In this document: in pieces, positions 41,309-53,156 of the stretch
Layout: each line of letters starts with the position of its first letter
Position numbering within the stretch: position 1 is the stretch's first letter
From: Eledone cirrhosa
Lineage: Eukaryota
DNA: 64,000 bases
Direction: 5' to 3'
Assembly: GCA_964016885.1 (NCBI GenBank)
Contig: OZ024740.1
Location: 335,606,001 to 335,670,000, forward strand
Program-made: the position numbers and the translations under genes
Notes under the pieces: generated by a model
The model's database searches: none
Told to the model about the DNA's origin: nothing
The model's input: only the letters and a program-made list of their open reading frames with translations

Positions 41309-41354
41309 TTGTATTTTTAACCGTTTAAAGTTGATTGCCAAATAGATTAACTAT
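41195..41354. repeat. palindrome with ~54-bp arms centred on (TA)n
   Basis: tttggcaatcaactttaaacggttaaaaatacaaat pairs with atttgtatttttaaccgtttaaagttgattgccaaa. Confidence 0.9.
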
Positions 41355-41896
41355 GAAGATATAAAAGATAGAGGAGCGAAAACCAAACAGTGAGTGTGTT
41401 CTGTTATTTCTGGCAATATTATTACAATATGACCCTCCCCAAGTATAACAATATATATATATATATATATAAAGAAAAAAGATGAAATCGAAAATGCAGC
41501 TGGAGTCTTATTTTAAAAAAAATATATATATTTATTTGGTTACTTTACCGGTTCTTCTGCTTTTCAAAAGTAGAGTTGAGATGGAGGGTCTGTGGTTTTT
41601 CTCACATCTGGTCGGTCTTTGAATGTTACTTGTTTTATATGGAAAAAAGTGGCTCGAAACGCCAGGATTTTAGAGAAGCAATTTGATTGGTTGGTCAATA
41701 AGTATAATAAATTTCGCGCCAGTTAGCGTTACAAAGTTCTTCAAACAAGGGATGTGGGGGGGTGGGGCTCAGTTTTTTTTTCATATATATATATATATTT
41801 ATATGTATATATATATATATATATATAAACATATATTTATACATATGCATATAAATATATATTTATAAACATATACATATTTATATATACGCAAAT

Positions 41897-41931
<35 letters not shown>

Positions 41932-41944
41932 ATATCTATATATA

Positions 41945-41980
<36 letters not shown>

Positions 41981-42014
41981 TATATATCGTTATATATATG
42001 CATATAAATATATA

Positions 42015-42084
<70 letters not shown>

Positions 42085-42879
42085 TATATGCATATATGTA
42101 TCAATCATATATACGTATATTCTATAATCACTAAGACCCACATTCAAAGCAATATATATGTGATTGCGCATAAATTGTGGAATCCATCAATTGCTGCTTG
42201 CTTATATTGAATTCAGGAGGCGTGAGAAATGTGAGTTAGATGCGATATTTTGCTAAAAGCGTTAGCAACGTTAATGAAGTGAAAAATGTACGAATTAGAA
42301 CAGAGCACTAAGTTTTTAACCTCAGTTTGCATATAGCCTAGATCTATTAATCTAATGTATTATTCATATAATATAATATTGCAGGGATACAATAGATTTA
42401 ATATAATAATTTAACATCGTGTCTAATTTTAATAATAAAATTATATATACTACACTACATACCTATCTGTTAGAGAATTAAAAGTTGCTACATATGAAAT
42501 AACATATATGTGTATATATAATGTGTGAGTGCGTGAGAGAGAAAGAGTAATGAATCAGGGGGGGGGGGGGGCAGACAGCTAGGCAGAGAGACAAGGGGTG
42601 ACAGACCAATACTTGTGTCGTATTGCTGCAAAGCAAATTAACCTCGATATATTTTGAAATAGGAGAGCGCACTAACTAAATCAAATGTCGCAACGTGTAA
42701 CTGTGATAGATTTGTGGAAATGGTAAAATTCCGGACGTGATATTTGTTCTGATACATTGTGTTCTGTTTTCAAATCCCTCCGTGGACACCTTCGATGGTA
42801 TATATATCCAGAAAAAACTTGAACCGTTAAGATCTTTTTCCTGGTTATGTCAATATTTATAAAACAAACTTTATATTAT

Positions 42880-43051
42880 ATCTGGTGCCCTTGAAATATA
42901 TATAATAGAATAAATATGTTTTTATAAATACAGTTTCCATTTATTTAATATCATTGAATATTATACTCCAGAAAAACTGTCGAGTGCTTTGAATCAGTTA
43001 TAAACATTTATATTTGATGAATTACCAACAAATTAAATATCCCTTTTGCTT
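42880..43051 (+). mobile_element. pLTR-like element related to 46497 and 63281, HHR stem II deleted
   Basis: tattatat-CTGGTG-ccctt-GAAA-tatat-ATA-atagaataaa. Tail actccagaaaa..gagtgcttt.aatc is shared with 63544-63580. Confidence 0.6.
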
Positions 43052-43073
43052 ATATATATATATATATATATAT

Positions 43074-43266
43074 ATAGGAACAAGTCTGACTCCGACGGCA
43101 GAACTCAAGCCATTTCGACGGCTATTTCAGTCCAGAAATAGCCGTCGAAACGGCTTGAGCTCTGCCGTCGGGGGTCATACTTGTTCCTATTACCCACTCT
43201 ACTACCCTAAGTATTGAGTACTTTGGTGCGTTATGGTCCATCTGGTTCCTTACCTCTATTGCTTCG

Positions 43267-43268
<2 letters not shown>
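43074..43268 (+). mobile_element. palindromic half-hammerhead mini-element in (TA)n
   Basis: Arms 43074-43128 and 43135-43190. GAAAC-GGC..GCC-GTC at 43147-43169. ~78-nt tail. Homologous to 46230-46436. Confidence 0.85.
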
Positions 43269-43363
<95 letters not shown>

Positions 43364-44300
43364 CAAAAATGACCCATGCAGCAGATCTCTCCTCATCTTG
43401 CAGTGGATGATGTATAACTAAATGTCAAAGACTGATACAGCTTAGCACGAGTGTAGTCATATATGTAATATGTGAATAATTCGCCTTCAGTTCACCATGA
43501 AGCCAGAATGGTGAAAGATGTCCTTACAGTAGGAATTGAAATCATCCTTGTAGACTACTGGAACATTCATCAATGTAGACAATATCCGCGTTTCTTATAT
43601 TGTTCTAAATCTATGTAAACCGGACATTCAAGGAATTGAACACACTAATCTCAATTATTTAGTCCAACGAATCAGTTTTGTTTCCTTAACAATGTAAAAA
43701 CCACGCACAACATTATTTTAACTCAGTTGTATGTTACTAGACAGCTATTAAATCTGTAAATAATTTCCACTTTACTTTCACGAGATATCATCCCCTCTTG
43801 ATATAGACATATTTTTAAAACTTTGAAGATAATATAGTAATATAATATCCTCTTGGCAAATTTACGTTAATAGATATGAACAAGAAAGATATCTATTACC
43901 TGTGAAACCTACAAAAAGAACATGATAGCCGGGGCGCAGTAAAAATGAAGCCTGGTTATTTGCTTCGGTCTTAATTAATTCGCCATATAATCAGAAGTTT
44001 GATGAGAAGTTAAAAGAAATCGTTTAACTTGTTTTCAGATTCGTCTAAATATCAAAGACCAGCTTTCTATGGCTTGTCGGAATAGATATTTCCAGTTTAT
44101 ATGATAAAACTAAACAGAAAATAAGTTAGTTATCTTTGTACTACACTATCTGTATAATAGAGTAGGAGATGCCTTCCACCAATATATTTAAAAATTAATA
44201 TATATAGGCTACATTAATGTCTTATGATTGTAATTTGGTGGATGGAGGTGGAAATAAGTGTTTAAACGTTATAAATTAAAATATACAAAATTTAAAAATA

Positions 44301-44334
<34 letters not shown>

Positions 44335-44339
<5 letters not shown>

Positions 44340-44533
44340 TCCTATAGGACTAGAACTGTTTCATTCGAAGTAAATGATCAGGAAAGCTTTCCTAGTGATC
44401 TCCTTCGAATAAAACAGTTCTAGTCCTGCAGAAGCCATTTCTATATTTAATATTTATACTCAGCTATGTATTAAGTACCTTACTTACGGTGGTTACCCCC
44501 GATTGAACCCGATTGAAGTTGCGTGTTGCTATA
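44335..44533 (+). mobile_element. palindromic half-hammerhead mini-element after (TA)n
   Basis: Arms 44335-44370 and 44403-44438. Consensus GAAAC-AGTTCTA-GTC. Tail agtacctta..gtggttac..ccgatt is shared with 50800-50840. Confidence 0.7.
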
Positions 44534-44599
44534 AAAATAGAACCCCCATTAGGGTGTCTTAATATTATTGAAATTTGCTGAAATTTTATGAATAGGCAT

Positions 44600-44835
44600 C
44601 ATATCTTGTCATTTACCTATGTTTTAAATGTCATATAAATCGAAGGGAAAAAATTAAGCGGGAGATTTCAGTGAAGATTTGAGCCCCCGGGAACCGTTTA
44701 ATTAAAATCAAAACGTAAGAAATCAAATGGGGATGATCCCTACACACGTGTCAAGTTTCATCAAATTCGGTTCGGTAGTTTTTGAGTTTTAGGTTCACAA
44801 ACAAACAAACAGAAATTGCCATTTATGTATATAGA
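44600..44835 (-). mobile_element. Helitron-like 5' end fragment
   Basis: Minus strand begins tctatatacataaa..(tgtt)n..aaaactcaaaaactaccgaaccgaatttgatgaaactt. Confidence 0.5.
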
Positions 44836-45615
44836 TATATTTAATGGTTTTAACATTATAAAATTAAATATAGAAAAGGCAACTTTTTGAAATATTGAAA
44901 TATGAAATCTATTTGTTACTTGATGGCCGACGCATAACTTCGACACTGAGAACATCGGAGCACAGGGGCACAGACCTCCAATCACTTGATCGCCCCTGTA
45001 GCACATAGGTACTGTGGCAAAGGCAGCTAAAAAGTCTCCTCAAGGTTCGATCTCGGGGTAGAAAGTGCTAATGAGTCAATTTCAAGTAAGTAATCAGAAA
45101 ATCTAACATTTCAGGCGGTTCGCAAGTTTAATTTTGAAATTCTGATAACATTACCAAAGATTAAAGAAGGGTGTATCACGGCAGAAGAAGGAGACACGTG
45201 AAATGGTATGGCTGATGCATCGCGCGCCGCTAGCTGCGATCTGCGGCAAAGCTTTCTCTCATCTTGTTCGTGGGCTCTGGCTCAGATGTTTAGAATTTGT
45301 CCATTAATTCCCCTCTGCCATTTTTCATTATCTACTCACCCTATTATCCTTATACTTGTTCGTAATGCTTTTATGAAAATACATTAAAATATTATAATCG
45401 CAAACATGTAAAAGGAGCAAACTGTAAGGAAATCGATTTCGCATTGACTCTGTATTTTCATACACACACAGACATATATATATATTAGAAAAGGGAAGTA
45501 AGGATTCTATACAAGATAGTGGATATAGAGAAAATAGGAAGTTGGAAATATCCCGGGAGGTATATTTAAGGGTCTGTTTTTCTTTTGTGATTCGTCAAAG
45601 TGACATTATTGAAAA

Positions 45616-45797
45616 GGGCAGTATCGGTAGAGAGTGCATGCCATGCTTTGACGCATAGAGTTACGGTCCTTGCACTTCTGAGTTCAAATCCCGCCAAGGT
45701 TAACTTTGCCTTTCATCCTTACGGGGTCGATAAAATAAAGTACCAGTAATACACTGGGTATTTGCTGGCCTTGTGCCAAAAGTAGAAACAATTATTG
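45616..45797 (+). mobile_element. tRNA-derived SINE
   Basis: ggcagtatcggtaga, gagttcaaatcccgcc, conserved body and 3' end. Confidence 0.85.
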
Positions 45798-46229
45798 AAA
45801 AGATAATGTTATTAAAAAAAGAGAGGGATAATTCTTTTTTAAAAAAAAATTTTTACGAAGTATATAAAGCATATTAAGAAATTACCGGTTTGTCAAATGT
45901 AGTGTGTAAAAAATTAAAAAAGAGTTCATAGGAGTCAAAAATGAAAGGTTTAAAATTAAAATCAAAATCAAAATCGAATGTTTGAATAATTTTTCTTCCA
46001 TCCTGCTTGTTGTACGGTTGGGTGGAATGAGAACAATATTTGTTGTTTTTTTTTGTTTTGTTGTTTTTTTTGCAAGGGAGGAAGTTGTTTTGAAAAGTAC
46101 CCTGTGAATGTATTGTAAATCTGGTGGTCAAAGTTCAAAAGAGGAAAGGGTACTGTGAGAGCTGAATTATGTAGTAGGAAGGTATGTGTACACATATACA
46201 TACACATATATATATATATATATATATAT

Positions 46230-46431
46230 AACGAAGGAAATGTGGTAAGGAACCAGGTGGACCATAACGCACGAAAGTACTCAATACTTAGGGTAGTAGA
46301 GTGGGTAATAGGAACAAGTAAGACCCCGACGGCTGAGCTCAAGCCGTTTCGACGGCTAATTCTGTACTGGAATTCAGTACAGAATTAGCCGTCGAAACGG
46401 CTTCAGCTCAGCCGTCGGGGTCTTACTTGTT

Positions 46432-46436
<5 letters not shown>
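46230..46436 (-). mobile_element. palindromic half-hammerhead mini-element in (TA)n
   Basis: Near-perfect ~62-bp arms at 46308-46369 and 46375-46436. Tail 46230-46307 is the reverse complement of 43191-43268. Confidence 0.85.
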
Positions 46437-46496
<60 letters not shown>

Positions 46497-46499
<3 letters not shown>

Positions 46500-46635
46500 C
46501 AGAAGGGATATTCAATTTGTTGGTAATTCAACAAATATAAATGTTTATAGCTGATTCAAAGCACTCGACACCACTTGAAATATATATAATAGAATAAATA
46601 TGGTTTTATAAATATAATTTCCATTTATTTAATAT

Positions 46636-46640
<5 letters not shown>
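46497..46640. mobile_element. rearranged copy of the 42880 element (inverted 3' tail plus direct HHR-proximal part)
   Basis: 46497-46571 is the reverse complement of ~42978-43051. 46576-46640 matches ~42889-42956. (TA)n on both sides. Confidence 0.75.
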
Positions 46641-46725
<85 letters not shown>

Positions 46726-46765
46726 TATGAAAATAAACCATAGAAGCCTTCAATACATCAAAAGT

Positions 46766-46818
46766 CTTTATTAGCCAACAATGTTTCGCCCTATTAAGGA
46801 CTCATCAGGGCAATTAAA
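46766..46818 (-). ncRNA. type-I hammerhead ribozyme (inverted pLTR copy)
   Basis: Reverse complement of the 50412 motif with a G-U pair in stem II. Confidence 0.75.
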
Positions 46819-46987
46819 TCTATAAGAAGTACTATCGGCCACTACAAGCCAAAAACTCAGAAGAATATGGAGTGTACATACAATAAAACATAGGAAAATT
46901 ATCGGGTAAAAATGATCAAGTAAAAATTGCTAAGGAAGTGAATAACATTTTGAACCTTATTACAAATATAGTCCAATGCAAAAACTA

Positions 46988-48631
46988 TACGTTACCTTTC
47001 CGCACCTTAAAGGCGGACCTTATCGTGACGATGCTTTGTTTGTGATTAACTATAGCACCAACAACGTCGAGCATAATAAGAAGAAGCTTTATAAGTTTTT
47101 TAAAAGCTATAACCTTTCGATCACGATAGATAGAAATGATAGAGCGGTCAACTTTTTAGATGTGACTTTGGACTTGGTCACTAATAGTTTTAAACCCTTC
47201 CATAAGCCTAATGAAATACTCTCTTATGTTAGTCCCAATTCTAACTACCCCAAATCTATGATAAGCTCTATAATTAAGGGTGTATCTAATAGGATTTCCA
47301 CACTCTCTAAAGACGTAGGAACATTTAATGCACATGCAGAGTACTATAATAATGCCCTAGCAAATTCCGGTTACTCTGGTAAAATACATTATAATAATCG
47401 TAACCTTAGAAAGTCTCCGCTTACTTATAATAATAATAACATAATATCCCATAATATGGCCATGAATGGGAGTAGAAAGCATAAGAATCGTAGAAATCAC
47501 ATAGGTGTATCTGAACCCATCCATAAGTTAAGCCACCGGACTCGTAATAGTGAGTCTAATACTTCTCGAAATCAAGTCGTGCCCTCTGCGCGCTCACTCA
47601 GTTGTAATGCTTTTGCTAAATCTAATTATAATAGTGTTGTTTCTACTGATCCTATTATTAGCCCTAATCCTTTTGATATACTTCCAGATAGCAGCAGATA
47701 TACTAATGGTAGAAACAAAAAGAGACTTAATGGAGTTTCGGCTGATTCTAATAATGTGGTTTTAACTAGTCCTTGTAGTAACCCAAATCTTAATAAGGGG
47801 ATATTAGATAACGGTAGAGTTCGTAAGGATAAAAATAGAAGGAGACTAAATACTTATTTTAACCCGCCTTATAATCAGGAAGTATTTACTAACATCCCTA
47901 GGTCTTTCTTTTCTATCTTAGAGAAAAATTTCCCTCCTACTAATAAATACCATAGTATTTTTAATAAAAATGTAATTAAACTTTCATTCTCTACCACCCC
48001 TAATATTAGTTTTCATTTAGCTAGCACTAACAAACGGAAAATTAGGGATGGATACTCCTCTCTACGTACTACTAGTCCGAATGGATCCATAAATACCTTA
48101 CCACCAGAGCAGACCTTATCTCATAGTAACCCTACGTGTGATGCATCACTACTTCAGCCGTTCAATAGCACCTGGAAGTGTAACTGTAGAGTGAGTGCTA
48201 ACTGCCCTTTAAACGGTAACTGCCTCACTAAGAACATCGTTTATGCTTGTGTAGTTAGAACAAATTCCTCTAATAGTACATATATAGGCTCTACATCTAA
48301 CACTTTTAAGACTAGGTTTAATTCTCATATCTCTAATTTTAAACATGTTAGGTTTAAGAATTCTACTTCTTTAGCACACCATATCTGGGATCTTAAGGGG
48401 GCTAATATACCATATAGCCTTAATTGGCGAATAGTAGCACGCTCTAATAACCTTTCAACACATACTAAATTTTGTAATCTCTGTATCCTTGAGACCCACT
48501 CTATAATTTTCTCTAGGGAAACCTTACTTAATAGAAAGTCTGAGATATTCTCTTCTTGCCCCCACGCCATTTCAAATTCTTACTTTTATTATAAACCTAA
48601 AGGTTCTAGTAGTGTAAATTGTATCCATTAG
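46988..48631 (+). CDS. PLE RT (YRDD onward) plus GIY-YIG endonuclease, partial
   Basis: YRDD, VNFLDVTLDL, PFHKPN..YVS..SNYP, CNCR..CPLNGNCL..NIVY, YIGST..FKTRF..H, CNLCILE..LN..SE..CPH. Confidence 0.9.
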   Translation, partial: YVTFPHLKGGPYRDDALFVINYSTNNVEHNKKKLYKFFKSYNLSITIDRNDRAVNFLDVTLDLVTNSFKPFHKPNEILSYVSPNSNYPKSMISSIIKGVSNRISTLSKDVGTFNAHAEYYNNALANSGYSGKIHYNNRNLRKSPLTYNNNNIISHNMAMNGSRKHKNRRNHIGVSEPIHKLSHRTRNSESNTSRNQVVPSARSLSCNAFAKSNYNSVVSTDPIISPNPFDILPDSSRYTNGRNKKRLNGVSADSNNVVLTSPCSNPNLNKGILDNGRVRKDKNRRRLNTYFNPPYNQEVFTNIPRSFFSILEKNFPPTNKYHSIFNKNVIKLSFSTTPNISFHLASTNKRKIRDGYSSLRTTSPNGSINTLPPEQTLSHSNPTCDASLLQPFNSTWKCNCRVSANCPLNGNCLTKNIVYACVVRTNSSNSTYIGSTSNTFKTRFNSHISNFKHVRFKNSTSLAHHIWDLKGANIPYSLNWRIVARSNNLSTHTKFCNLCILETHSIIFSRETLLNRKSEIFSSCPHAISNSYFYYKPKGSSSVNCIH

Positions 48632-50411
48632 CTGCTATATTCCCTTATCTTTTTAGTTTAGGTTCATTTTGTTTACCACCATCATTATCATTATTATTAT
48701 TATTGGTTTTTAACAGCTTTTCATTCTAGTTTTCATAGTCCCTTGGCTACCATACCATATCTATATTATATTTTCACTATTAACACCTTATGAGTTTATA
48801 TCTGATTATATATTTTATTTTATATTATTCTATTTTATTTTATTCGGATTCTTCTTTGGATAATTAACCCCCTCTCCCCCTCCCCCCTCCTCCCACACAC
48901 ACACTTGTCATTCGCCCCTTCAAATATACTATAATTATATTCAATTCCCTTTTATGCTCCTTCTATTGTATAATACAATATATTGATTATGATTTTATGC
49001 TCCTTCGTATCCTCCATACATTTCTTTTTTCTGTCCCCATTGGCCTACCATAATTTATACTTGAAGTCCGTTTATTAGATAACGTTATTCAACTGATAGT
49101 AGAATATTTCATTCTTTCCACATATTTTTATAGCGATATCTTAAACGTTGGAGTTTTTGATTACTTAAACCATAGCTAATTTTGTATTGACTTATTATGT
49201 ATTTTAAATACTTTCAATATTAATTAATTTAATAGGGTTTTCTAGTCATTTATCCGGGTTTGTTTCCTAAATTTTTTACTTAACTGCATGTGACACCGAA
49301 GTAAATACTTTTGTTTTTTGTTTTTCGATTTCCGGTTGATTTTATTTATATATTTATACTACCATGCGTAGTTTTCTGTCTGGTTCTTATTCACTTATTC
49401 ATAAATGTCTGTCCACCAACCATGTAATTATGTATATTATACTATGTTCAATATTTTATATTGAAATTTTTATATCATTCCACTCTTTGTAAACGTACTA
49501 CTGATCTTTATTATTTACCGATTATTAAATGTACCATTATGTTATGTAAAATTTTGTAAATTCTGTAATATGTTTACACTTTTATACTTTTTGTAACGTT
49601 TGGATAATATTTATTTACACCAATTGTAGAGAAATGTGACCCCCATCTGTTTTCTTGCAATGGTTTTGATATTTTTCCAACATAATTTTTCCAACATAAT
49701 TTAGTTCTGTACAATATTTTTTCTCACCCGGTCTGTAACTCTATATGATTTTTTAAGTTATATGCCATTATATTAAAATATTGTTATTATAGTATTATTG
49801 TAACATTTATATTGTTTGTGCAAATTAACCGGATATTATCTATTATATAATTATATAATTATATAGTTTATTATAATATATTATATGTTTACTTTTAATC
49901 ATTTCTTCTTCACTTTATACTGTGAATAATATATGAATTATATTTTTATTTTCATTTCTATTTTTACTTTTACTCTTATTATTATTCTTATTCTTATTTA
50001 TATTTAAACTCTTAATATGGGTTAGTTTGTGCTTGTATTGATGGAAATGTGTATTGATATATATGTATATATGTGTACATATGTATATATATATATTGGG
50101 CCTTTTAATATTATTTTTAATATTATTATTATTATTATCATTATCAATTATATTATTTTATATTATATTATATTATATTATATTATATTATATTATATAT
50201 AGTACAATAATTCCCGCTCTATATCACCACCTTTGTTTAGCTTTAGTTTTTGCATTGGACTATATTTGTAATAAGGTTCAAAATGTTATTCACTTCCTTA
50301 GCAATTTTTACTTGATAATTTTTACCCGATAATTTTCCTATGTTTTATTGTATGTACACTCCATATTCTTCTGAGTTTTTGGCTTGTAGTGGCCGATAAT
50401 GCTTCTTATAG

Positions 50412-50465
50412 CTTTAATTGCCCTGATGAGTCCTTAATAGGACGAAACATTGTTGGCTAATAAAG
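50412..50465 (+). ncRNA. minimal type-I hammerhead ribozyme
   Basis: gcc-CTGATGA-GTCCT(taat)AGGAC-GAAAC-att-GTT-ggc. Stem I extends as ctttaattgcc/ggctaataaag. Confidence 0.85.
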
Positions 50466-50653
50466 ACTGTTGATGTATTGAAGGCTTCTTTGGTTTATTT
50501 TCATAATTCTTCGGCTCTGTTTAATTACATTGAGCTATACCTTTACTGTCATTTCCATAATACGAAGAGGGTGTTTAACTCCAACACACTCTAGTATTTT
50601 AATTCTTATATTTATATATATATATATATACATATGTATATATATATAAATAT

Positions 50654-50850
50654 ATACGGGACTAGATATGTTTCATTCGTATGAAATTATCATGGGTATT
50701 CCTGATGATTTCATACAAACGAAACTATTCAAATCCTGTATTTCTATATTAATATATTTTGATAAATTAAACAATGATGTTCACACTCTACTAATAAATT
50801 TAGTACCTTATTAACAGTGGCTACGCCCGATTTAACTCAGGATCTGCGTA
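50654..50850 (+). mobile_element. diverged palindromic half-hammerhead element (44335 family)
   Basis: Imperfect hairpin at 50654-50741 (ggactaga..tgtttcattcg as in 44347). Homologous tail. Confidence 0.6.
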
Positions 50851-50867
50851 TGTGTATATATATATAT

Positions 50868-51467
50868 TTCGTATTCCCACTGCATTTTAAGTTACCTTAA
50901 ATATCAACTACACAGCCATTTCTATTCTCCATATATTTTATCATGTTTTGGCTGTGACCATTCTTCTCTCTCCCCTTCTACCTACCTATTTCGCTACTTT
51001 CTACTCTCACCCCTCTTTCTTTCACTCCCTTTCTCCATATCTACTCTTACCCCACTTTATTCCTCACCATTTCTCCCTCTCACTTTCACCCCCTCGCCTG
51101 ACCCTTTAGCAGTTTTTTCTCACTTACAACTGCGGCGATCAGAAGTGTGTCTTTTTCTCTCGACTACTCTGTCTTGAACTTAAGTTCTATTATCGAGTGT
51201 CCTTGGATTTCCTTACCTTAAGTTGCTCGCATATTGCTCGGTTTGTTGTTGTTTTTTCGGTGTTTTTTTTTACTGTTTTCTCTTTTCGTCGCCTTTGCTT
51301 TCCTTCCCTCCATCCTCCGTTTTCGCAATAACTCATCCAGTTAGTGACGCCCTGAGGTGAGATATCTTGTCTTTAAAGCGTATAATATCTGAGACCCCCA
51401 GTAGACAACTGATGAGGAAAACTCCCCCACCTCGTTCTTGCCTTCTTCGTATTCCCACTGCATTTTA

Positions 51468-51469
<2 letters not shown>
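50868..51469 (+). mobile_element. ~580-nt unit with a terminal direct repeat and decayed HHR, in (TA)n
   Basis: ttcgtattcccactgcattttaag at 50868 and 51446. gcc-CTGAGGT-gagatat..atatct-GAGAC-cccca-GTA at ~51349-51403. Confidence 0.55.
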
Positions 51470-51510
<41 letters not shown>

Positions 51511-51597
51511 GGAAAAATTTGAACAGGGACAAAACAGAGAGGCAGTACAACGAATGTTTATTAATTTCACGCTCTGGAGAGTGGGGTGTTGGTGGGG

Positions 51598-51632
51598 GAC
51601 GACGTTTCGGGCATAAGCCCTTCCTTAGGTGA
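51598..51632 (-). ncRNA. minimal hammerhead motif with a mutated core
   Basis: Minus strand CTAAGGA-A-GGGC(ttat)GCCC-GAAAC-GTC. G5 changed to A. Confidence 0.65.
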
Positions 51633-53156
51633 GAAGTGTGTGGGAACAGAGTTCAAAGGGTGTGTAGGGGAGTGGTGGAGAGACATATAGCGAAAGGAAA
51701 CGGTGCGAAGGAAAAAATAAAGATAAAAATAAAAATAAAGCATGATCAAAATAAAAGGAAGGAAATAAATTTAAATATAAAAGCATGATCAAAATAAACT
51801 GAAATTAAAAGGGGGGTAAAACAGGTGGTGGAAGGGTGTGGGGTGTGTAGGGGTGGTGGTGGGTGGAGTGGGGAGAGGGAGATGGGTGTCCGAGCGGGGA
51901 GGGCTGAAGGTGGTGTGTGTGTGTGTAGGTGTACGTGTATGTGTGTGTGTATCTGAAAGTAAGGGTTGGGGGAAGAACGGGGTTGCATGTTCAGGAAGAG
52001 GTGTGTGTGTGGGGGGGTCGGAGTGTCTGTGCGTCGTGTGTGGATAGAGGGGTGCGGGGATAGGAATCAGGAGGCTGAGGGTGTAAATATGTGGTGAAAA
52101 ACACGTGCGTGTGGGGTTTAAGCGTGTTGTGGGTGTAGGTGGCGTGTGGAGAAAAAATTTGTTGGGGTGTGTGTGTGGGGGTGAGTTATATAGGTGATTA
52201 CGTAAGAGGATGGTTGAAAAGTTGGTAAACTCCAAAGGTGTTTAGTGTGTGGTCAATTTCTGCGTGCGGGTATTCCATGAAGCGATGGTCGGAAGAGGAG
52301 AGATGTGGGGTGCGCGCGCCACAGGAAGTGGTCAAGCAGTGGGAGTGCTGTGTGTCTGTTTGTGCTGGGAGGTGGTCAGAGGGCATAGCAGCAGTCGGTG
52401 GAATGGTAAAGGGGCGAGGATGGGTAGGTGTGAAATTTGGAGTGAGGAGGGTGTGTGTGTGTGTATTAGTATAGGTGTTAGTGGGATGAGTGAGTGTGGA
52501 GCGAGGGTGTGGGTGGAGCGGGGAGAGAGAAGGGTGTGTGTGGTTCTATGGAGGGAGTGTGGTGTACTGGTGTGTGTGTAGTTTGATGAAGGGCTGTTAG
52601 TGGGTGTTATTATACGGGAGGTGGGGAGGGGTTGAATGCAGGTGTGAGTGGGGGTTAGTGGTGGTAGGGTGTGTAGAGTTGGTGGTGTACGAGGGTGTGT
52701 GGGTACGTGTGCGTGGGGTTGGGGGGTGTTAGTGATGTTAGTTGCGTGTGGGGTGGGTGGCGTAAGTGGGTGCGTGTGTTCGTGTGTTTGGGGTTAGGGG
52801 GTGTTAGTGAGGTTAGTTGCGGGGTGGTGGGATGGAATGGTGGGGGTGAGAGGTGTGGGGGTGAGAGGTGTGGGGGTGAGGGTTAGTGGTGGTAGTAGGG
52901 TGTGTGTTTAGTGTGAGCGCATGTATATATGTGCCGGTGGGTGTGTGCGTGTGATAAGGAGGGGGGAGGAGGAGAAGAAGGGAGGGATGTTAGTATGTTA
53001 GTTGGGGAAGGGTGGTCAGATAATGGGTGGAGTGGAGGTGTCAGTATTGTTAGTTGTGGGGTGGACGGTGAAAAGGAGGGGTGTGTTAGTGGTGTTAGTG
53101 GGGGATAAGTGTGGGGGGAGGGGGCGGTTAAGGCTAAAGGAATAAGAGTGGGGAGT

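Larger units (their letters stand above)
46726..50612 (+). mobile_element. 5'-truncated Penelope-like element with an inverted 5' pLTR, in (TA)n
   Basis: 46726-46987 is the reverse complement of ~50245-50507. RT/GIY-YIG ORF, ~1.6-kb AT-rich 3' UTR, HHR in both pLTR copies. Confidence 0.9.

Noticed and set aside
46726-50507. Long terminal inverted repeats of a DNA transposon
   Set aside because: The enclosed ORF is RT/GIY-YIG, the repeat holds an HHR, and the element extends past the right repeat. It is an inverted PLE pLTR.
50702-50725. CTGATGA..GAAAC as a complete minimal HHR
   Set aside because: The CTGATGA is better explained as part of the hairpin arm pairing with 50676-50692, and stem II would be very weak.
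52440-53110. Telomeric repeat array
   Set aside because: Only dispersed TTAG variants inside a PLE 3' UTR, with no tandem TTAGGG.
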